Part shown: one piece after another, positions 28,346-34,833 of the stretch
How the letters are laid out: each line of letters opens with the position of its first letter
Position numbering within the stretch: the stretch's first letter is position 1
Source of the DNA: a virus
Virus record (IMG/VR): IMGVR_UViG_3300027976_000058
Reading direction: 5' to 3' (one strand)
Length of the DNA: 48,019 bases
Program-made: the position numbers and the translations under genes
Notes under the pieces: generated by a model
The model's input: only the letters and a program-made list of their open reading frames with translations
Database searches by the model: none
What the model was told of the DNA's origin: nothing

Positions 28346-28485
28346 GTAAAGTTATAGAGGTAAAAATTTCTATAAAACCAGCGATTTTTATAAAAACAAC
28401 GTTAAGGCTTTGGTCTATAGCACTCGTTATGGCAGCAAGTGCCTACGCGTTACAGGATGTTATAACTACCGTTACAAAAGAGTAA
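28342..28485 (+). CDS. small membrane protein (47 aa)
   Basis: Translated by hand. ATGA overlap with the upstream gene and RBS GGAGGA. Contains a TM segment LRLWSIALVMAASAYAL. Confidence 0.45.
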   Translation: MSKVIEVKISIKPAIFIKTTLRLWSIALVMAASAYALQDVITTVTKE

Positions 28486-28721
28486 CTCTTTTATATTTCC
28501 TCTGGCCCGGAGGAAAGTGACCTAGATCGCTCGCGTAACATAACCGGGTTTACATCTAATCGTCACACAAACTGATAACTGTCCCTTTTTTAGAGTGGCA
28601 GAAAAACAGTAAGGTAGTGCGGAAACCACTGCTGGGTACCTTTCGCTCCTGTGGGCGTCTCCCCGCCTGAGCACGCGGGATACAAACTGCTCCTATTCGC
28701 AAACAACTAATGGAGGAAATA

Positions 28722-28958
28722 ATGCGTAAGTTCATTAAAATTCGTGGTGATGCACAGTTCGCAGTAGATGCAGAAGAGATTTTATACGTTAGGATTGAGG
28801 CTATTGATTCAACAAAGCCATTGCCAAGGTATCACATTCATCTTAAGCTCCGTAATGGAGACGACTTCTATGGTCTTGACAGCTTTGCTGGAGAAGCCCA
28901 AAAAGAACTAAATAGTATTATTCAAGAGCTTGGTGAAGTTGTAGACCTAGATATATAA
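28722..28958 (+). CDS. hypothetical protein (78 aa)
   Basis: ATG 28722 follows TGGAGGAAATA. The track start at 28710 lies within the RBS. Confidence 0.55.
   Translation: MRKFIKIRGDAQFAVDAEEILYVRIEAIDSTKPLPRYHIHLKLRNGDDFYGLDSFAGEAQKELNSIIQELGEVVDLDI
28734..28806 (+). repeat. 73-bp direct repeat, copy B
   Basis: attaaaattcgtggtgatgcacagttcgcagtagatgcagaagagattttatacgttaggattgaggctattg. Confidence 0.9.
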
Positions 28959-28982
28959 TACATCTAACTCGTAGGAGTAATA

Positions 28983-29114
28983 ATGCTTAAATTATTTAAA
29001 TGCCGAAGTACTTACGGTGAAGACTTTAAATGTGAACGCTTTTTATTCCATCGTGGGCTTCATTACAAGAAGTCTTCTCGATACCCATATGTAAAACTCC
29101 GTTGGACTAGGTAA
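28983..29114 (+). CDS. small basic Cys/His-containing protein (43 aa)
   Basis: Translated by hand. RBS is TAGGAGTAATA. Sequence is MLKLFKCRSTYGEDFKCERFLFHRGLHYKKSSRYPYVKLRWTR. Confidence 0.4.
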   Translation: MLKLFKCRSTYGEDFKCERFLFHRGLHYKKSSRYPYVKLRWTR

Positions 29115-29117
29115 AAC

Positions 29118-29146
29118 TCGCAGAATTTACAACGCGTATAATGAGA
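29118..29146 (+). promoter_or_regulatory. 29-nt promoter-like element, copy 5
   Basis: tcgcagaatttacaacgcgtataatgaga. The 65 bp at 29116..29180 are identical to 31278..31342. Confidence 0.6.
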
Positions 29147-29173
29147 ACAAACCCACTAATCATTGGAGAAATT

Positions 29174-29428
29174 ATGAATGGCAACCTAATGAATGCTTTG
29201 GCAAAGAGCCCAACAAGTGGTAAAAGAGAGTTCGCAATCACAACAGTAGAATTAACATCCAAAGCCTTAATAGGCATCATGGCTGTTGAAGCCGTACTTG
29301 TTGCATGTGCGCGGGACTGGCTTTTATCATTAATGAGCGACAGCCCATATAATTCAATTTGGAATGAATCCACTACATTACTTAAAGATGTAATAGTAGA
29401 GTTTGATCAAAAACAAAACTGCGAGTAA
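29174..29428 (+). CDS. small membrane protein, cassette family A (84 aa)
   Basis: ATG follows TGGAGAA. The track start at 29141 is the ATG inside the promoter core. The C-terminus ..QKQNCE is shared with 29906..30148. Confidence 0.6.
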   Translation: MNGNLMNALAKSPTSGKREFAITTVELTSKALIGIMAVEAVLVACARDWLLSLMSDSPYNSIWNESTTLLKDVIVEFDQKQNCE

Positions 29429-29437
29429 AAACGCAAA

Positions 29438-29467
29438 GAAGGAGACCCACACGGGTTTCCTTTTTTT
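29438..29467 (+). terminator. intrinsic terminator (type 1: ggagaccc-acac-gggtttcc + T7)
   Basis: Direct reading. Confidence 0.75.
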
Positions 29468-29602
29468 GTCGTATAAGGATAACTACTAAGAATGTGTAAT
29501 GAAGACTTAAAGAGTAACATTCTGTAGGTGTTATACATGTTAAGATTAAATCCAATATATGGCACGACTTATATTTACCAACTAATTAAGGAGTAATAAA
29601 CA

Positions 29603-29848
29603 ATGCATCCTGGAATGAAGTGCAACGTATGTAATTTGGTTTGTACAGAAAACGAAAGAACTGAAGATGGTTATTATGCAGACCCATGTCTAGGTGTGCT
29701 CCCCGGAGTTATATTTGCTTGCTGTGGTCATGGGAAAAAAGATTACGGGTACGTGGCCTTTGAAAACGGAGCCACGATTAGATTTGATCTTATTATAAGT
29801 GAGTTTCAAAAGTTTTCCAAGCACAATAACTTCATAGGACGTGAGTGA
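29603..29848 (+). CDS. Cys-rich small protein (putative zinc-binding)
   Basis: 81 aa with RBS TAAGGAG. Contains CNVCNLVC..C..ACCGH. Confidence 0.55.
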   Translation: MHPGMKCNVCNLVCTENERTEDGYYADPCLGVLPGVIFACCGHGKKDYGYVAFENGATIRFDLIISEFQKFSKHNNFIGRE

Positions 29849-29849
29849 A

Positions 29850-29878
29850 TCGCAGAATTTACAACGCCTATAATGAGA
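29850..29878 (+). promoter_or_regulatory. 29-nt promoter-like element, copy 6
   Basis: tcgcagaatttacaacgcctataatgaga. Confidence 0.6.
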
Positions 29879-29905
29879 CAACTCACCTACCAAGGAGACT
29901 TAACC

Positions 29906-30148
29906 ATGAATGACAACCACATCAATACTATGACCGAGACCACCGAAGATGATACGAGTGAGTTTCCAACCACAGCAATGACATTAGTAGCTTGCGCCGT
30001 AATAGGCGCTACGCTTCCAACAGTCGCGCGCTTTGGATGGAACTATATTCGTACCGGATTTGAGAGCTTGCGTCCTAATAAAGATTTGGAAGCGGTTTAT
30101 TACATAAGTGAATCTGACGAAGATGAGAATAATCAAAACTGCGAGTAA
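29906..30148 (+). CDS. small membrane protein, cassette family A (80 aa)
   Basis: ATG follows CAAGGAGAC. The N-terminus MNDNHINTMTETTEDD resembles MNDNQVDTMTETTENG of 31336..31557. Confidence 0.6.
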   Translation: MNDNHINTMTETTEDDTSEFPTTAMTLVACAVIGATLPTVARFGWNYIRTGFESLRPNKDLEAVYYISESDEDENNQNCE

Positions 30149-30160
30149 AAACGCAAAGGA

Positions 30161-30187
30161 GGAGACCCCACAAGGGTCTCCTTTTTT
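30161..30187 (+). terminator. intrinsic terminator (perfect 8-bp stem ggagaccc/gggtctcc + T6)
   Basis: Direct reading. Confidence 0.8.
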
Positions 30188-30243
30188 GTCGTATAGGGAT
30201 ACTATTTATAATAAAACAACCAACTTCATAGGACGTAAGTAAA

Positions 30244-30272
30244 TCGTATATAATACAACGCTTATAATGAGA
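30244..30272 (+). promoter_or_regulatory. 29-nt promoter-like element, copy 7
   Basis: tcgtatataatacaacgcttataatgaga. Confidence 0.6.
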
Positions 30273-30289
30273 CAACTACTGGAGGAATT

Positions 30290-30469
30290 ATGAAATTTAC
30301 ATCAGGATATATGTTGGGCGCAATTACCGTAATTGCACTCGGAGGATCATTCCTAGCTGGAATCATTGCCAAGATGGCAATTGATGAAAAGATAGAAGAA
30401 ACTCTGACGCAAACTCGGACAAATGCAACCAACTCAGTTCTGAATATGTTCAAAACCAAAAGTAACTGA
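30290..30469 (+). CDS. small membrane protein (59 aa)
   Basis: Translated by hand. RBS is TGGAGGAA. Sequence begins MKFTSGYMLGAITVIALGGSFLAGIIAKMAIDEK... Confidence 0.55.
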   Translation: MKFTSGYMLGAITVIALGGSFLAGIIAKMAIDEKIEETLTQTRTNATNSVLNMFKTKSN

Positions 30470-30476
30470 CTAAAAA

Positions 30477-30506
30477 GGGGGAGCCTAACATGGCTTCTTC
30501 TTTTTT
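30477..30506 (+). terminator. hairpin plus T-run (type 2: gagcc-taacat-ggctt) overlapping the ATG at 30490
   Basis: Same element as 31015..31046. Confidence 0.45.
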
Positions 30507-30762
30507 CATAAATGCCTTAGAAAGAGGACAAATGTTTCAGTTTATAAATGGACAATATGGTTATGTGGTAGAGCTTGGTGAGAAGTTTCCACCGTTGCCT
30601 GTCACTGGAGTTGGTGACGAGATTCCATTTGCGGCGGCTTTGACTAACTCGATTCAGAATGGAACAATCAAAGAGCCGGGTAAGTATTTTATTCACTTTA
30701 CGAATGATGATTTAACCTCATTGAACTATGAAGTTTCTCGTGTATATGAACGTGACCAATAA
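30490..30762 (+). CDS. hypothetical protein (90 aa; start uncertain, alternative ATG at 30532)
   Basis: Track ORF. The first ATG sits in the loop of the hairpin. Confidence 0.5.
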   Translation: MASSFFINALERGQMFQFINGQYGYVVELGEKFPPLPVTGVGDEIPFAAALTNSIQNGTIKEPGKYFIHFTNDDLTSLNYEVSRVYERDQ

Positions 30763-30764
30763 AA

Positions 30765-30793
30765 TCGCAGAATCTACAATGCCTATAATGAGA
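30765..30793 (+). promoter_or_regulatory. 29-nt promoter-like element, copy 8
   Basis: tcgcagaatctacaatgcctataatgaga. Confidence 0.6.
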
Positions 30794-30812
30794 CAACCTA
30801 TAAGGAGACATT

Positions 30813-31010
30813 ATGAACAAAATCAAAGAAGTTGCTATCAACACCAAGAACCATCTGAAGCGTAACACCGTTTCTTATGCCTTAGGAGCACTTGCTATTT
30901 CAGCAATTGCCCTACAGCAAAAGAACGCAAAATCCTTCTATACGTTCCTGGAAAGTGAAGGCATTGACGTGATGAAGTACCTTAATGACGAACAATATGA
31001 AGAACTCTAA
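30813..31010 (+). CDS. small membrane protein (65 aa)
   Basis: RBS is TAAGGAGAC. Contains a TM segment VSYALGALAISAIAL. Confidence 0.6.
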   Translation: MNKIKEVAINTKNHLKRNTVSYALGALAISAIALQQKNAKSFYTFLESEGIDVMKYLNDEQYEEL

Positions 31011-31014
31011 AAAA

Positions 31015-31046
31015 GGAAGGAGCCTAACATGGCTTCTTCTTTTTTT
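31015..31046 (+). terminator. intrinsic terminator (type 2)
   Basis: ggaaggagcc-taacat-ggcttcttc followed by a T-run. Confidence 0.7.
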
Positions 31047-31048
31047 AA

Positions 31049-31077
31049 TCGCAGATAATACAACGTCTATAATGAGC
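31049..31077 (+). promoter_or_regulatory. 29-nt promoter-like element, copy 9
   Basis: tcgcagataatacaacgtctataatgagc. Confidence 0.55.
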
Positions 31078-31094
31078 CTACCAAGGAGACATAA

Positions 31095-31229
31095 ATGTTT
31101 GAAATCTTTCTATTAATCATTTTATTCATCCCTCTCGCAATTGCAGCTATCGCCATTTGGGCGATGAGTGTACTTGTGGGACGGATGTTTCGACTGATCT
31201 CAGGAATATTTGGACTAAGTGCCCGATAA
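31095..31229 (+). CDS. hydrophobic peptide (44 aa)
   Basis: Translated by hand. RBS is CAAGGAGAC. Sequence is MFEIFLLIILFIPLAIAAIAIWAMSVLVGRMFRLISGIFGLSAR. Confidence 0.5.
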   Translation: MFEIFLLIILFIPLAIAAIAIWAMSVLVGRMFRLISGIFGLSAR

Positions 31230-31238
31230 AGCTTTAAA

Positions 31239-31267
31239 GAAGGAGACCCACACGGGTTTCCTTTTTT
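31239..31267 (+). terminator. intrinsic terminator (type 1)
   Basis: gaaggagaccc-acac-gggtttcc + T6. Confidence 0.75.
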
Positions 31268-31279
31268 GTCTTGATTTAC

Positions 31280-31308
31280 TCGCAGAATTTACAACGCGTA
31301 TAATGAGA
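31280..31308 (+). promoter_or_regulatory. 29-nt promoter-like element, copy 10
   Basis: tcgcagaatttacaacgcgtataatgaga. Confidence 0.6.
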
Positions 31309-31335
31309 ACAAACCCACTAATCATTGGAGAAATT

Positions 31336-31557
31336 ATGAATGACAACCAAGTTGATACTATGACCGAGACCACAGAAAATGGTACAAAAGAGGTCGCAAT
31401 CACAGCGGCGACATTTGCAGCAGGCGCATTAATATTCGTCGTGCTTAAAAGAGTCGTACGGTATGTGAGGCGAGACTCTATTACACCATTAATGTGGAGC
31501 CGGCAATTTAACCCAGTTTGGCAAGAATCCACTAAAGTAATTCAAGATATGGATTGA
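31336..31557 (+). CDS. small membrane protein, cassette family A (73 aa)
   Basis: ATG follows TGGAGAA and is in frame with track ORF 31219..31557, whose 5' part runs through the terminator and promoter. Confidence 0.6.
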   Translation: MNDNQVDTMTETTENGTKEVAITAATFAAGALIFVVLKRVVRYVRRDSITPLMWSRQFNPVWQESTKVIQDMD

Positions 31558-31570
31558 AAACTCGTAGAAG

Positions 31571-31599
31571 GAGGGGACCCCACAAGGGTCTCCTTTTTT
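31571..31599 (+). terminator. intrinsic terminator
   Basis: gaggggaccc-cacaa-gggtctcc + T6. Confidence 0.75.
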
Positions 31600-31611
31600 G
31601 TCTTGATTTAC

Positions 31612-31640
31612 TCGCAGAATTTACAACGCCTATAATGAGA
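31612..31640 (+). promoter_or_regulatory. 29-nt promoter-like element, copy 11
   Basis: tcgcagaatttacaacgcctataatgaga. Confidence 0.6.
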
Positions 31641-31659
31641 CTACCAACAAGGAGTAATC

Positions 31660-31827
31660 ATGATCTGGACTATCGGATATCTCATCATTGCATTCGCTGC
31701 TATAGCGACTCTAGCCAAAGTTCTATGGAATCTTTATACGATTATCACAGAGCTTGAGCATGAGTTAGACTATGTGTACGAACTCATTGGTGAGCACATC
31801 GTTAACCTATCAGAAAACAACGAGTAG
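31660..31827 (+). CDS. small membrane protein (55 aa)
   Basis: Translated by hand. RBS is CAAGGAGTAA. Sequence begins MIWTIGYLIIAFAAIATLAKVLWNLYTIITELEHELDYVYE... Confidence 0.55.
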   Translation: MIWTIGYLIIAFAAIATLAKVLWNLYTIITELEHELDYVYELIGEHIVNLSENNE

Positions 31828-31836
31828 GAGTTAAAA

Positions 31837-31866
31837 GAAGGAGACCCACACGGGTTTCCTTTTTTT
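31837..31866 (+). terminator. intrinsic terminator (type 1)
   Basis: gaaggagaccc-acac-gggtttcc + T7. Confidence 0.75.
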
Positions 31867-31878
31867 GTCTTGATTTAG

Positions 31879-31907
31879 TCGCATATTATACAATGCTTAT
31901 AATGAGA
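31879..31907 (+). promoter_or_regulatory. 29-nt promoter-like element, copy 12
   Basis: tcgcatattatacaatgcttataatgaga. Confidence 0.6.
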
Positions 31908-31924
31908 CCAATAAGGAGCAAATA

Positions 31925-32071
31925 ATGATAAAAAAATTCCTAGACCTTGTAAACGCCAATAAACAACGAGCAGAAGATAGACGTCGAGAACGAAACAAAA
32001 ACTTCGTGATCGGCGGAATTATCCTAGCTATTGTATTAGCAACAAAAGACAAAGGAAAACGTAATCATTAA
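31925..32071 (+). CDS. small basic membrane protein (48 aa)
   Basis: Translated by hand. RBS is TAAGGAGCAAA. Sequence begins MIKKFLDLVNANKQRAEDRRRERNKNFVIGGIILAIVLATKDKGKRNH. Confidence 0.5.
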   Translation: MIKKFLDLVNANKQRAEDRRRERNKNFVIGGIILAIVLATKDKGKRNH

Positions 32072-32093
32072 AAACAATTTATTTCGACTCAAG

Positions 32094-32125
32094 ACCGAGG
32101 CCCTACACAAGGGCTTAGGTTTTTT
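32094..32125 (+). terminator. intrinsic terminator (type 3: accgaggccc-tacacaa-gggcttaggt + T-run)
   Basis: Direct reading. The same element recurs 300 bp downstream. Confidence 0.7.
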
Positions 32126-32137
32126 GACCCGTATACG

Positions 32138-32166
32138 TTGCATACTATAAAATACCTTTAATGAGA
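32138..32166 (+). promoter_or_regulatory. 29-nt promoter-like element, copy 13 (degenerate; TATAAT replaced by TTTAAT)
   Basis: ttgcatactataaaatacctttaatgaga aligns position-for-position with the consensus. Confidence 0.35.
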
Positions 32167-32189
32167 CAACTACCTACCAAGGAGTAATT

Positions 32190-32387
32190 ATGTTAGAACA
32201 AGACGTGATAAATATGTTGTACGGAATTATGAACGCGATTAAGACCACTCAACCAAAGACTGATCGAGAAATAAAATTTTTTAATAGTCTGACAAAAGAG
32301 CTGGACAAGATTAAGGACAACCACCCAAAACTGTACATGAGCGCACGCGCTCATTACATCCAAGATTACATCGACGAGCAGAACTGA
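32190..32387 (+). CDS. hypothetical small protein (65 aa)
   Basis: RBS is CAAGGAGTAA. Confidence 0.6.
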   Translation: MLEQDVINMLYGIMNAIKTTQPKTDREIKFFNSLTKELDKIKDNHPKLYMSARAHYIQDYIDEQN

Positions 32388-32393
32388 CTCAAG

Positions 32394-32427
32394 ACCGAGG
32401 CCCTACACAAGGGCTTAGGTTTTTTTT
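32394..32427 (+). terminator. intrinsic terminator (type 3)
   Basis: Same hairpin as 32094..32125, followed by T8. Confidence 0.7.
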
Positions 32428-32455
32428 GTCGTATAGTGTAACCAAAGGAGAAATA

Positions 32456-32746
32456 ATGATACCAATCTCAGGTGAGCCACTATCAGTAGAGCATGCGTTA
32501 TCTATTGCGGAACAAGTTGAGTATCGCCAAAATCATTTTCGGGATGAAATGTTGTATACCAGCATTGCTGTGATTCTTATGAACTATGGGGAACAATTCC
32601 GAGAACTACGCTGTATCAATGGAGAATGGGGTGGTGTAAAAAGAGATATTGATGCTAGTGGAGGTATCCCGACTTGTCCGGACGGTCACCCCATATTCGA
32701 AGAAGCAAATCGAGTTGCCCTTGGGTGGGTTGGTGAGGAGTTTTGA
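32456..32746 (+). CDS. hypothetical protein (96 aa)
   Basis: ATG follows AAAGGAGAAATA. The track start at 32426 lies in the terminator T-run. Confidence 0.6.
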   Translation: MIPISGEPLSVEHALSIAEQVEYRQNHFRDEMLYTSIAVILMNYGEQFRELRCINGEWGGVKRDIDASGGIPTCPDGHPIFEEANRVALGWVGEEF

Positions 32747-32833
32747 TGGAGGAGTTTGAGCCACAAGAATTATTTGACTTTTGGATGCTTATTTACTTTG
32801 CTAAAAATTTTGGTACTATAGATAGTAAGGATT

Positions 32834-34033
32834 ATGATGATAAAACTCATGGACCACCAGACAGAAGCAATAGAAAGGCTCGGTAATGGAAAGATATTGT
32901 GGGGAGGAGTTGGAAGTGGAAAGTCACTTACGGCACTTGCTTACTACGCTAAAAGAGAATCTCCAAAAGACATCGTAGTCATCACTACTGCAAAAAAAAG
33001 AGACACTCTTGATTGGGAACGAGAAGCTGCTAAACTTACTATTTCCACAAATAAAGAATATACTGTAGATGGTGCTCTCATTGTTGAATCCTGGAACAAC
33101 ATTGGTAAGTTTGAAGATTATGAAGATTGTTTTTTCATTTTTGATGAGCAACGACTTGTTGGTAATGGCTCTTGGGTTAAATCATTTATAAAGATTGCTA
33201 AGCGAAACAAATGGATTATGCTCAGTGCCACACCAGGAGACAACTGGTTAGACTACGCTCCGGTATTCATTGCAAATGGATTCTTTAAGAACATAACTGA
33301 GTTCAAGATGAAGCATGTACTGTATGCGTCATATTCCAAGTACCCAAAGATTCGTGGCTATCTTAACGAGCGTCACCTAGAGGTACTACGCAATGATATT
33401 CTCATTGAGATGCCTTTTATCAAACATACCGAGAGAATGCTAAATTATATTGAAGTGGGCTTCGACCGTAAGAAGTTTGATGTAGTCCTGAAAAATCGTT
33501 GGAACCCATACAAAGATCAACCCATTCGCGATATTTCAGAAGTCTTTCGACTAATGCGTAGAGTTGTAAATGAAGATACATCACGACTAGATATGATTCG
33601 TAAGCTAATGACGTGCCACAATAGGTTAATCATATTCTACACATTTAACTACGAACTAGAACTACTAAGAACGTTAGGTGGTTGTATTGAGATTGGTGAA
33701 TGGAATGGTCATCGTAAGAATCCTATACCGGATAGTGAAAGGTGGGTTTATCTTGTTCAGTATACTGCAGGTGCTGAAGGTTGGAATTGCACGTCCACGG
33801 ACGCTATGGTCCTCTACTCCCTAACATATTCTTGGAAGAACTTTACTCAGGCTCAAGGTAGAATAGACCGTCTTGATACCCCTTTCACAACACTTTACTA
33901 CTATATCTTGTGGGCAAATTCGGAGATTGATAGAGCTATACGCGATGCACTTGACTCTAAGGAAACCTTTAACGAGAGAAAATACATAGCTAAAATGCTT
34001 GAAAACGAGCCACTTGAAATCGATGAATGTTAA
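32834..34033 (+). CDS. SF2 (DEAD/SNF2-like) helicase
   Basis: Walker A is GGVGSGKS, motif II is FIFDEQR, and the motif VI-like sequence is QAQGRIDR. The start may instead be the Met at 32849. Confidence 0.75.
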   Translation: MMIKLMDHQTEAIERLGNGKILWGGVGSGKSLTALAYYAKRESPKDIVVITTAKKRDTLDWEREAAKLTISTNKEYTVDGALIVESWNNIGKFEDYEDCFFIFDEQRLVGNGSWVKSFIKIAKRNKWIMLSATPGDNWLDYAPVFIANGFFKNITEFKMKHVLYASYSKYPKIRGYLNERHLEVLRNDILIEMPFIKHTERMLNYIEVGFDRKKFDVVLKNRWNPYKDQPIRDISEVFRLMRRVVNEDTSRLDMIRKLMTCHNRLIIFYTFNYELELLRTLGGCIEIGEWNGHRKNPIPDSERWVYLVQYTAGAEGWNCTSTDAMVLYSLTYSWKNFTQAQGRIDRLDTPFTTLYYYILWANSEIDRAIRDALDSKETFNERKYIAKMLENEPLEIDEC

Positions 34034-34308
34034 AAAAGCGAAATATTTGGTCAGATTTGACGGACGAACAAGGTGTGTGAATGTGTATGAAAGTGTGTTA
34101 AATTATACGAAACAACCAAATTTATTATGCGTTTTTAGTGATAACCAACTTTGTGGTGATCGTCAAATCTAAAACTCAAAAAGTACTACGTATTTATACC
34201 CCCCTCTATACGACTTAATATATGAAGAGAGTATAGAGGTATGACATTTTACCCACAACTCTTTGTTACCCAAAACTGGTCAAATCTGGCCAAAAGGAGA
34301 ATTAGACA
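34034..34308. other. 275-bp non-coding region with iteron-like and inverted repeats (candidate origin or operator region)
   Basis: GTCAAATCT occurs at 34162 and 34279, with its inverse AGATTTGAC at 34053. There are three GTGTRTGAA-like units at 34072..34100. A 9-bp inverted repeat is cctctatac (34203) / gtatagagg (34231). Confidence 0.35.
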
Positions 34309-34824
34309 ATGCAAGAGGTCTGGAAACCAATCGAAAGATTTCCAAGTTACAGTATAAGTTCGTTTGGAGAAGTCTTAAACCACCGAACAGATAAGCTAAT
34401 GGCAAAAAGCCGAACAATGCAGGGCGACTACAAAGTAACACTCGTACAGTATGGTGTAAGACTAACTAGATCCATAAGAGTTCTTGTGGCAGAAGCATTT
34501 GTTGATCCTCCATATTTTGGCCCAAGCGATTATGGAGTATTCTGTGATACCGTCATTATGCTGGATAATAACAAAGAGAACACGTTTGCACCAAACCTAG
34601 CATGGCGACCTTCTTGGTTTGCATGGAAGTATTCTCGACAGTTTGTAGAAGATCAACCAGAAAGCTATTACATAAAAAGAGTTAGTAATGTAGACAATAG
34701 TAAAGGATATCCGTCAATCATTGATGCGGCTATTAAGGATGGGCTTCTATTTGAAGATGTCTGGAAATCAGCTACAATGGGAACCGCAGTATACCCAACA
34801 GGAGCACACTACATATTTGGATAA
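34309..34824 (+). CDS. NUMOD4/HNH_3-like homing-endonuclease homolog, apparently lacking the catalytic histidines
   Basis: EVWKPIERFPSYSISSFGEV is NUMOD4-like. The ..RVLVAEAFV.. and ..VIMLDNNKENTFAPNLAW.. stretches occupy the positions where HNH_3 proteins have vHRLVaeaF and vdHiDgnkxNN. Confidence 0.55.
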   Translation: MQEVWKPIERFPSYSISSFGEVLNHRTDKLMAKSRTMQGDYKVTLVQYGVRLTRSIRVLVAEAFVDPPYFGPSDYGVFCDTVIMLDNNKENTFAPNLAWRPSWFAWKYSRQFVEDQPESYYIKRVSNVDNSKGYPSIIDAAIKDGLLFEDVWKSATMGTAVYPTGAHYIFG

Positions 34825-34833
34825 CGTATACTC

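Noticed and set aside
27734-28734. The exact 1000-bp offset between the two 73-bp repeats, and the exact 300-bp offset between the terminators at 32094 and 32394.
   Set aside because: I know of no biological mechanism that would require round decimal spacings, so I treat them as coincidence. The repeats themselves are real.
29141-29173. N-terminal extensions in the ORF track that start at the ATG inside TATAATGAGA. These are 17620, 29141, 29873 and 31219, plus the whole ORF 31554..31757.
   Set aside because: That ATG is part of the conserved promoter core and has no SD. A proper SD plus ATG follows 24-117 nt downstream in the same frame. ORF 31554..31757 reads through a terminator and a promoter, and the real gene there is 31660..31827 in another frame.
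29438-32427. A regularly spaced repeat array that could be mistaken for a CRISPR locus.
   Set aside because: The repeats are terminator hairpins plus promoter elements. The 'spacers' are 170-330 bp and contain SD-preceded ORFs. Repeat sequences fall into several types, and there are no cas genes.
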